This document shows, in pieces, positions 56,748 to 64,000 of a DNA stretch of 64,000 nucleotides. The notes beneath the pieces are model-generated. The model had not been told where the DNA came from. It made no database searches and saw only the letters and a program-made list of their open reading frames with translations. The stretch comes from a virus, in the IMG/VR virus record IMGVR_UViG_3300027833_000017; one strand, written 5' to 3'. Both the position numbers and the translations under genes were made by a program. Each line of letters starts with the position of its first letter. The first letter of the stretch is position 1.

Positions 56748-58150
56748 TGCTATTAGACATTGAACAAACTAGTAATGAACTAATTATTTCTTATTATAAT
56801 AAAGAAGGTAAAGTTTCATTTAAAAGATACGGAGTTAATCAATTCCAAAATTGGGTAGTCACCAAAGAAACAGACAAACACAAAGATAAAACATATAGAA
56901 ACTGGGACGATCGTCCTCTTAAAAGAGGTTTTGCTAAATCGTTTAACAAGTTTAGCTTGCTTTATTTTATGGACTCTTTACCAGAGGCTGATAAAGAAGA
57001 GATTTATGAATTCAATATGCCAAGAACATATTTTGTCGATATTGAAACAGAAATTGTAGATGGTTTCCCAAAACCAGAAGAAGCAAAATCACGTATATTG
57101 TCATTCTCTATTATTACACCAGAGCGTAAAGCTATTGTTTTAGGTCTAGAAGATATGCCTCATGATAAAGTTAAAAAAATCAATGATGATACTAACAAAT
57201 ATCTAAAAAATTATGATCAAGATTGGGAATTCTCTTATCATAAGTTTGACGACGAGTATAATATGTTATATACATTTCTACATAAGTTTTTACCTAAATT
57301 CCCAATGATGACAGGGTGGAACTTTATAAACTATGATTGGCAGTATATAGTTAATAGATGTAAACGATTACAAATAGACCTGACTGACGTGGCAATCACT
57401 GGATCATTAGATAGAAACGATAGTAGACCACTTCACATGGGTATTCTCGATTATATGCAATTATATGATAAATATGATCGTTCAGTTGCAGTAAAAGAAT
57501 CAAACTCATTAGATTTTGTTTCAGGCGCAGTATTAGATATTAATAAAATTAAATATAGTGGATCATTGCAGGATTTATATGAAAATGATTTTACTAAATA
57601 TATTTATTATAATGTAATTGATTCATGTTTAGTATATTATATTGATCAACAATTAAGATCAATGGAAGTTCTTTTAACATTAGCAACTATTACTAGAATG
57701 CCTCTTTATAAAGCTTCTTCACCCGTGGCTATCACAGAATCTTTATTGGCAAGAAAATTAGCTGAAACTAATAAGAAAATAGGTGTAGAATATGGAAAGG
57801 CAGATTCTCTTAAAGAAGGTAAATTCGAAGGCGCATTTGTAAAACAACCAATTGTAGGGTATTATTCTGGAGTAAGTGCATTTGATTTTGCTTCACTATA
57901 TCCATCAATAATGAGACAGTTTAACATTTCACCAGAATCTTTCGTTGAACAGGTAACTGAACCTGAAATTAACGAAAGAAGAAAGGATGAAAACGTAATT
58001 GTTTGTGAGAATGGTGTTGTCTATAAAAAAGAAGATTCAATCTTAAAAAAGATTTTAAGTGATTTATATTCTCAAAGAAAGGATTACAAAAAGACTTCAT
58101 ATGCGTATTATGAGAAGGCTTATGAACTAGAAAAAAAAATAAAAAAATAA
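56747..58150 (+). CDS. family B DNA polymerase, N-terminal subunit (exonuclease plus palm motif A; gp43A-like)
   Basis: DIETE, GWNFINYDW, YNVID and DFASLYPSIM. The protein ends in the first fingers helix. Confidence 0.9.
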   Translation: MLLDIEQTSNELIISYYNKEGKVSFKRYGVNQFQNWVVTKETDKHKDKTYRNWDDRPLKRGFAKSFNKFSLLYFMDSLPEADKEEIYEFNMPRTYFVDIETEIVDGFPKPEEAKSRILSFSIITPERKAIVLGLEDMPHDKVKKINDDTNKYLKNYDQDWEFSYHKFDDEYNMLYTFLHKFLPKFPMMTGWNFINYDWQYIVNRCKRLQIDLTDVAITGSLDRNDSRPLHMGILDYMQLYDKYDRSVAVKESNSLDFVSGAVLDINKIKYSGSLQDLYENDFTKYIYYNVIDSCLVYYIDQQLRSMEVLLTLATITRMPLYKASSPVAITESLLARKLAETNKKIGVEYGKADSLKEGKFEGAFVKQPIVGYYSGVSAFDFASLYPSIMRQFNISPESFVEQVTEPEINERRKDENVIVCENGVVYKKEDSILKKILSDLYSQRKDYKKTSYAYYEKAYELEKKIKK

Positions 58151-58207
58151 TTTAACAAGAGACTAGTAATTCAACTGATATATAAATTACTAAAAATAAA
58201 CAACAAT

Positions 58208-59188
58208 ATGAATAAGAACATCTTTTCACCAAGAGTTAGCATTTTACCTTACGAGTACCCACAATTATTAGCATACAAAGATGCTATTAGACATTCATAT
58301 TGGATTCATACTGAATTTAATTTTACAACAGACATAGATGATTTTAAAACTAAAGTTTCTGACTCAGAAAGAGAAGTTATTAAAAGAGCTATGCTTGCGA
58401 TTGCTCAAATAGAGGTTAATGTGAAAACTTTTTGGGCTGATCTCTATAAGAGAATGCCTATCACAGAAGTAGGTGATGTAGGTATGACATTTGCAGAATC
58501 AGAAGTAAGACATAAAGATGCGTATGCACAATTACTCAGAGTACTAGGACTAGAAAAAGAATTTCAAAATGTCGTAGAAATACCAGCAATAAAAGATAGA
58601 ATATCATATTTAAAAAAATATTTAGACGGAACAAGATCTAGAGATGATAAAATGTATACTAAATCAGTGTTATTATTTTCTTTATTTATAGAACATGTTA
58701 GTTTATTTAGCCAATTTCTAATTATGATGTCGTTTAACAAAGAGAAAAATCTATTTAAAGGTATTTCTAATGTAGTTGAAGCAACCTCTAAAGAAGAAGA
58801 AATTCATGGTAATTTTGGATCTGAAATTATCAACATTATTAAATCTGAAAACCCAGAATGGTTCGACGAAGAATTTGAAAAACTTATCGATTCTGCGTGT
58901 AAAAAAGCATATGCTGCGGAAGTTAAAATTCTAGATTGGATTTTTGAAAAAGGAGAATTAGAATTCCTTTCTAAAAAAACTATCGAAAACTTTATACAAA
59001 ATAGATTTAATAATTCATTAACAAGAATAGGAATGAAACCTGTATTTGACGTTGACCTTAGTGAAATTGAAAAAACACTATGGTTCGATGTAGAAATTAC
59101 AGCAACAAAAGAAGGAGACTTCTTTTACAAGAAACAAGTTGACTATAACAAAAAGAGTAAGTCAATTACAGAAGACGATTTATTTTAA
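58208..59188 (+). CDS. nrdB: ribonucleotide reductase class I beta subunit
   Basis: QIEVNV, ESEVRHKDAY, FIEHVSLF and KEEEIHG metal ligands, with a C-terminal DFF...DY...DDLF. Confidence 0.95.
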   Translation: MNKNIFSPRVSILPYEYPQLLAYKDAIRHSYWIHTEFNFTTDIDDFKTKVSDSEREVIKRAMLAIAQIEVNVKTFWADLYKRMPITEVGDVGMTFAESEVRHKDAYAQLLRVLGLEKEFQNVVEIPAIKDRISYLKKYLDGTRSRDDKMYTKSVLLFSLFIEHVSLFSQFLIMMSFNKEKNLFKGISNVVEATSKEEEIHGNFGSEIINIIKSENPEWFDEEFEKLIDSACKKAYAAEVKILDWIFEKGELEFLSKKTIENFIQNRFNNSLTRIGMKPVFDVDLSEIEKTLWFDVEITATKEGDFFYKKQVDYNKKSKSITEDDLF

Positions 59189-59209
59189 ACTAACTAAAGA
59201 ATTTACAAT

Positions 59210-60889
59210 ATGAAAGAAGCCGGAACACCTCTCGCAGAGAAACCTGTCGCGAATAAAAACAATGAATTAAGACCAAAGTATTATTGGTTAAACGATGACA
59301 GCAGATTGTTTTTGTCACGAGGATACATCACTGAAACACCAGAACAACGAATCAAGGATATTGCAAACACAGCAGAAAGGTATTTAAAAATCGAAGGATT
59401 TGCAAAGAAATTTGAAGATTACATGGCAAGAGGTTTTTACAGTATGTCCACTCCGGTTTGGATTAACTTCGGTAAAGATAAAGGTCTTCCTATAAGTTGT
59501 TACGGTTCTAATGTAGATGACACATTAGACAGTATTTTAAATGGTTCAAGAGAAATTGGCATGATGTCAAAATATGGAGGAGGAACTTCTATTTATTTAG
59601 GAAACATTAGAGAAAGAGGCGCAACTATTTCTACAGGAGGAACAGCAGATGGACCAGTACACTATGCTAGAATGTATGACACAACAGTTGATGTGTGTAA
59701 ACAATCAGAAGCAAGAAGAGGTGCATGTGCAGCATGGCTACCAGTAGAACATAATGATATTCTAGAATTTCTAGAAATAGGTACAGAAGGAAATCCTATT
59801 CAAAATTTACAATACGGTGTTACAGTTACTGATCAGTGGATTCAAGAAATGAAAGACGGTGATGCAGATAAACGTAAAATTTGGGCTAAAGTTATTCAAA
59901 GAAGAAACGAATTCGGTTATCCATATATTATGTTTAAAGATAACTCAAATAATAATTCTCCGTACAAAAAATTAGGTTTAGAAATTACAGCATCAAACTT
60001 ATGTTCAGAGATTCAACTACCAACTGATTCATTTAATTCTTTTGTATGTTGTTTAGGTTCTATTAACCTATTACACTGGGACGAATTAAAAGATACAGAT
60101 GCAATTGAAACGTATACTTTATTTTTAAATGCAGTAATGGATGAGTTTGTAAAAAAATCTTATAACTTACCAGGAATGGCAAGAGCTCACAGATTTGCTG
60201 AGCAACATAGAGCACTTGGAGTTGGTGTTCTAGGATATCATTCTTATTTTCAATCTAAAAGAGTTGTATTTGAATCATTAGAGGCAAAACAATTAAATCA
60301 CCAAATATTTAAAACTCTTAAAGAAAGAACAGAAGAAGCATCTAAGTGGTTACATGATGAAAAAGGATATAAATCATTAAGAAGCGGATTTGCTAATACA
60401 ACATTAATTGCAATTGCACCAACCAAATCAAGTTCATTTATTCACGGAGCAGTAAGTATGGGTATTGAGCCAATTAAATCTAATTACTTTATTAAAGATT
60501 TAGCTAAATCAAAAACAATTTATAAAAATCCATTCTTAGAAGAAGAATTAGAAAAATATGGATTAAATACACCAGCGGTATGGGCTGAAATCTTAAAAAA
60601 AGATGGAAGTGTACAACACTTAGATTTTCCTACTAAAGAAGTATTTAAATCATTTATTGAAATTTCTCCAAGTGAATTGATATTACAAGCAGGACAGAGA
60701 CAAGAATTTATTGATCAATCACAATCACTAAATTTAATGATTCACCCAAGCGTTTCAGCAAAAGATATTAATAAACTTTACTTAAATGCACATGAATCTG
60801 GTGTTAAAACACTTTACTATCAATTTAGTCAAAGTTCCGCACAATCATTTTCTAGAAATATTTTAGAATGTGCTTCATGTGAAGGTTAA
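59210..60889 (+). CDS. nrdA: ribonucleotide reductase class I alpha subunit (no ATP cone)
   Basis: LPISC, SNLCSEI, AIAPTKSSS, DQSQS, KTLYY and C-terminal CASCEG. Confidence 0.95.
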   Translation: MKEAGTPLAEKPVANKNNELRPKYYWLNDDSRLFLSRGYITETPEQRIKDIANTAERYLKIEGFAKKFEDYMARGFYSMSTPVWINFGKDKGLPISCYGSNVDDTLDSILNGSREIGMMSKYGGGTSIYLGNIRERGATISTGGTADGPVHYARMYDTTVDVCKQSEARRGACAAWLPVEHNDILEFLEIGTEGNPIQNLQYGVTVTDQWIQEMKDGDADKRKIWAKVIQRRNEFGYPYIMFKDNSNNNSPYKKLGLEITASNLCSEIQLPTDSFNSFVCCLGSINLLHWDELKDTDAIETYTLFLNAVMDEFVKKSYNLPGMARAHRFAEQHRALGVGVLGYHSYFQSKRVVFESLEAKQLNHQIFKTLKERTEEASKWLHDEKGYKSLRSGFANTTLIAIAPTKSSSFIHGAVSMGIEPIKSNYFIKDLAKSKTIYKNPFLEEELEKYGLNTPAVWAEILKKDGSVQHLDFPTKEVFKSFIEISPSELILQAGQRQEFIDQSQSLNLMIHPSVSAKDINKLYLNAHESGVKTLYYQFSQSSAQSFSRNILECASCEG

Positions 60890-60897
60890 AATTTCCG

Positions 60898-60984
60898 GTG
60901 GTATGAAATAAGACCACATTTTAGGACCGTTATTCGTAACGGCTTGGGCAGAGAAGTTTCGCTACTATCTCTGCCCTTTTTTTT
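60898..60984 (+). terminator. three-hairpin structured element ending in an intrinsic terminator
   Basis: GTGGT/ACCAC stem, CCGTTA-TTCG-TAACGG, and GGGCAGAGA...TCTCTGCCC followed by T8. Confidence 0.75.
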
Positions 60985-60998
60985 GTTCACTAATTATT

Positions 60999-61026
60999 GA
61001 AACTATTTCAAATAACACGGTATAAT
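60999..61026 (+). promoter_or_regulatory. GAAAC-N17-TATAAT promoter, representative copy
   Basis: The same 17-nt spacing occurs at 35634, 35858, 50733 (TAAAC), 56233, 60999 and 63370, all upstream of DNA-metabolism operons. Confidence 0.7.
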
Positions 61027-61058
61027 ATTCAAATATCATTATCTAAAAATAACAAATT

Positions 61059-61802
61059 ATGAAATTAAAAATTGATCGCATTGACCAACATGCACTAACA
61101 GAGTTTATCAATCGTGTTAAACTTATTGACTCTTTTATTTATATGAAAATCAAAGAGGGACAAATTCATTCAACTGTTTATCTTCCACAAAGAGATGCTG
61201 TAAAACATCATTCTATTCAAGTGGATAAAATATTTCAGGTAAGCGAATGGCCGGACACTGATAAAGAAATGAAAATTGCATTCTTTGAAGGTAACAAAGT
61301 TATTGAAGCAATTAAGCATTTTGATCATGATGCAATTAAAGGAGAATTAGAATTTATTGAAAACGATGAAGAATTCGTTGCATCTACATTACGTATATTC
61401 AATGACGAATTAGAAATTACACTTTCATGTTCAGAGCCTTCATTAGGATTTAAAGATCTTTCACAAGATCAGCGCGATGCAATCTTTGCAAGATCAGATT
61501 CTAAATTTGATTTTACACTTGATACACATTCTATTGGTAAAGTTAAAAACCTATTCTCCCTTGATAAAGATGAAACATTCGGTATCAATTCAGATGTACA
61601 GGGAATCAATGTAAATGGAAAATCATTTAACGTAGTTCTTACACCTGATACAAGCGGAAATGGTAAAGTTACTGTTTACAAAAAGTATTTAAATTTATTA
61701 GACAAAGAAGAGCAAACTGTATATGTGTCAGACTCAAAGGTGGTATTTGAATCAAACGATTCAGAAACTTTATTGACAATCTCAACTTGTCAAACTGCAT
61801 AA
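61059..61802 (+). CDS. sliding clamp, gp45/PCNA-like
   Basis: 247-aa acidic alpha/beta two-domain pattern directly upstream of the polymerase C-half. Assignment is by size, composition and context. Confidence 0.6.
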   Translation: MKLKIDRIDQHALTEFINRVKLIDSFIYMKIKEGQIHSTVYLPQRDAVKHHSIQVDKIFQVSEWPDTDKEMKIAFFEGNKVIEAIKHFDHDAIKGELEFIENDEEFVASTLRIFNDELEITLSCSEPSLGFKDLSQDQRDAIFARSDSKFDFTLDTHSIGKVKNLFSLDKDETFGINSDVQGINVNGKSFNVVLTPDTSGNGKVTVYKKYLNLLDKEEQTVYVSDSKVVFESNDSETLLTISTCQTA

Positions 61803-61805
61803 TAA

Positions 61806-63014
61806 ATGACAATAGAAGAGTTAGAACAAAAATCAATTGAACAACTTACAGATGATGAGGCAAAGCTGCTTGTAGACCACTACAAGCAGCTGTCTGCCAA
61901 ATTCACAGCATACGAGCAAGCTGTTAAGTTAACTCTTAATTCTATTTATGGAGCATTCGGTAATAAGTGGTTTCACTTTTTTAATCTTGACATTGCTGAA
62001 TCAATTACCAAACAAGGTAAGAATGCAATTCTTTATTCCGAAACAATTCTTAACAAATATGTTAATGATTTTTGGCACAAAGATACTGCAGTTCATGAGA
62101 AATTTAACATCAAAGTAAAAGGTAAAATTGAAAAACCTGCAGTAATTTATATTGATACCGATTCATGTTATGTGCAGTTTCAAGATTTATATGAATCTAT
62201 AATCTGGTCAGAAGAAGATAAAAAATTACCAATTGATGAATTTATTTTAGCGTTTTATGCATTTAGATTAAAAGATTACATATCTAAAACCATGGAAAAA
62301 TATGCAGAGAAAAGAAACACAGATAATTTCTTATTCTTTGAACTAGAATCATTGGCGTATAATGGTATTTGGATGTCTAAAAAGAAATACATTCAAAATC
62401 TAGCATGGGATGATAAATTAGAAGTAACTGAACGCCACCCTTCATTGAAAAAAGTAAAAACTATTGGATTTGATACAATTCAATCTTCAACCCCTAAGTT
62501 TGCTAGAGAGAAATTAGTAGAAGCACTTAGAATTTTATTTTCATCAGAGATTCAACCATCAGCAAAAGAATTACAACAATTGGTTGAGTTTATGAAGCAG
62601 TGTAAAAAGGAATTTAAATTAGCAGGCATTGATGATATTGCGTTTAATAAAAGAACTAATAATATTGACAAATATATCATCGATGATCAAGAAGAATTAC
62701 AAATAGGTTTAAAATGTCCAGCTAATGTAAAAGCCGCAGGATATTACAATTATATTTTAAATAACAATAAAAAATATAAAAACAAATATAAACTTATTGC
62801 TAATGGTGAAAAACTTAAAATATACAATTGTATAGGACAAATTAGTGAAGTATATGCTTTTATGCCAAACGAACACCCTTATGAAATAGCACCCAAAGTA
62901 GATTATGATACTCAATTTGAAAAGGCGATGATTGACCCTCTAAATAGAGTACTCACCGCAATAGGTTTACAAACACTAGATACTAATCTAATATATGCTT
63001 CGGCATTATTTTAA
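61806..63014 (+). CDS. family B DNA polymerase, C-terminal subunit (motifs B and C, thumb; gp43B-like)
   Basis: KLTLNSIYG, YIDTDS, KKKY and SSTP, ending in YASALF. Confidence 0.9.
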   Translation: MTIEELEQKSIEQLTDDEAKLLVDHYKQLSAKFTAYEQAVKLTLNSIYGAFGNKWFHFFNLDIAESITKQGKNAILYSETILNKYVNDFWHKDTAVHEKFNIKVKGKIEKPAVIYIDTDSCYVQFQDLYESIIWSEEDKKLPIDEFILAFYAFRLKDYISKTMEKYAEKRNTDNFLFFELESLAYNGIWMSKKKYIQNLAWDDKLEVTERHPSLKKVKTIGFDTIQSSTPKFAREKLVEALRILFSSEIQPSAKELQQLVEFMKQCKKEFKLAGIDDIAFNKRTNNIDKYIIDDQEELQIGLKCPANVKAAGYYNYILNNNKKYKNKYKLIANGEKLKIYNCIGQISEVYAFMPNEHPYEIAPKVDYDTQFEKAMIDPLNRVLTAIGLQTLDTNLIYASALF

Positions 63015-63024
63015 AAACATTATT

Positions 63025-63183
63025 ATGAATACACCAACATTTTACGAAACAATTAAAAGCTTAATAAAACAATATCCTAATGATATGGAATTAGGAAGTG
63101 CAGTTAGGCATTTAGATTGGAAAATTGAAGAATCAAATCAAAAAGATCCAAATCAATTAGAAATACAATTTCCAAATAATTAA
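63025..63183 (+). CDS. small hypothetical protein (YPNDMELG motif)
   Basis: The ATG at 63025 avoids overlap with the polymerase gene. Confidence 0.5.
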   Translation: MNTPTFYETIKSLIKQYPNDMELGSAVRHLDWKIEESNQKDPNQLEIQFPNN

Positions 63184-63186
63184 TGC

Positions 63187-63384
63187 ATGAACATTAAGTT
63201 AACTCCAAAACAACAAGAATATGTTGATGCATATAATGCGATTCTTAATAGAATAAATGGCATTCAATTAAAAATTGATAAACTTAAGGATGAAGCTGCT
63301 GAAGCTCTTACTGAACTAAATAGACTTAGAAGAGAAGAGCAGTTGATGTTTCCAGAAAACAATACAGAAGAAACAAACGATTAG
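63187..63384 (+). CDS. small coiled-coil hypothetical protein
   Basis: 65-aa ORF in operon position. Confidence 0.55.
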   Translation: MNIKLTPKQQEYVDAYNAILNRINGIQLKIDKLKDEAAEALTELNRLRREEQLMFPENNTEETND

Positions 63385-63417
63385 TTTGTGGTATAATATA
63401 AAAATACAACAATAAAC

Positions 63418-64000
63418 ATGGCAAAGAAAGATTTTAGTTTTGACGATATAAACGCAGAGTTAAAGACATTAAATCCAATGGGATCAATTATGGCTGACTC
63501 TACATTTAGTGAAGTTACAGAATGGATTGACACTGGTAACTATCACTTAAACGCATGTGTTAGTGGTTCACTATTTGGTGGATGGCCTAACAGTAGAACA
63601 TGTTCAATAGCAGGACCATCAGGAACAGGTAAAACATTCTTAGTGTTGAATTCTGTTAGAAAGGCAATCGAAATGGGGTATAATGTAATATACTTTGATT
63701 CTGAAGCAGCTGTTGATAAAGATCAGATGGAAAAGTTTGGAATTGACGTAACAAAAGTTAATTACCAACCAATTAACACTGTTCAAGAATTTAGAACATC
63801 AGTTACTACACTTACTAGCAAAATGCAAGAAGTAAAACGTAATGGTGGAAAAACACCAAAGATCATGATGATCCTTGATTCTGCAGGTAACTTAGCAACT
63901 CAAAAAGAAATCGATGACGCTAGATCAGGATCTGAAAAAGCAGATATGACAAGATCTAAGGTTCTAAAATCTATTTTTAGAATCATCATGACACCATTGG
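63418..64000 (+). CDS. uvsX: RecA-like recombinase UvsX (3'-truncated by the window)
   Basis: Translated by hand: WIDTGNYHLNACVSGSLFGG...AGPSGTGKT...YFDSE...ILDSAGNL. Confidence 0.92.
   Translation, partial: MAKKDFSFDDINAELKTLNPMGSIMADSTFSEVTEWIDTGNYHLNACVSGSLFGGWPNSRTCSIAGPSGTGKTFLVLNSVRKAIEMGYNVIYFDSEAAVDKDQMEKFGIDVTKVNYQPINTVQEFRTSVTTLTSKMQEVKRNGGKTPKIMMILDSAGNLATQKEIDDARSGSEKADMTRSKVLKSIFRIIMTPL

Noticed and set aside
58100-61900. Split intein or group I intron joining the polymerase halves
   Set aside because: Neither end has Cys/His-Asn intein termini, and the intervening DNA is fully occupied by intact nrdB, nrdA and clamp genes.
1-64000. Stop-codon reassignment (alternative genetic code)
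   Set aside because: Standard-code ORFs tile the window densely, with full-length conserved enzymes.
1-64000. tRNA/rRNA genes, integrase, transposase, reverse transcriptase/DGR
   Set aside because: No cloverleaf or matching protein motifs were seen by eye, and intergenic gaps are short. A tRNAscan/Infernal run would be needed to exclude them formally.

Overview
This window is a 64-kb segment of a large, AT-rich, T4-superfamily-like myophage (probably jumbo-class). Essentially every credible gene is on the + strand and reads in the standard code. A Bacteroidota host is inferred from A-rich leaders without Shine-Dalgarno sites and from Bacteroidota-like bS1, LOG and RNR sequences. Layout: (1) 1-34.5 kb is a baseplate/neck/tail-fibre module (gp5-, gp13-, gp25-, gp6- and gp3-like genes, plus a 2679-aa Ig-rich protein, a collagen fibre and a BACON+Hint protein), with a ribosomal protein S1 homolog and an amidoligase embedded in it. 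(2) 34.9-40.1 kb covers recombination and replication (RuvC-like, gp32, primase, UvsY, UvsW). (3) 40.1-50.3 kb is an array of proteins sharing a T4-type capsid-targeting signal (MKHLxxFEEFxNE) and xxE prohead-protease sites, including a ligase-fold/HxGH nucleotidyltransferase pair. (4) 50.8-56.7 kb is a DNA-hypermodification-like cluster: DUF6378, an apparent beta-glucosyltransferase-N-domain/SGNH chimera, two HhH aGPT-Pplase-like paralogs, LOG, a PLP enzyme and a gp56-like dNTPase. (5) 56.7-64 kb holds a family-B DNA polymerase split into two genes around nrdB, nrdA and the clamp, followed by partial uvsX. Two promoter grammars are visible: a late-type RATAWATA and GAAAC-N17-TATAA. The best candidates for an undescribed system are the BGT-N/SGNH modification cluster and the capsid-targeted injected-protein array. 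All family assignments come from motif recognition by eye, not database searches.
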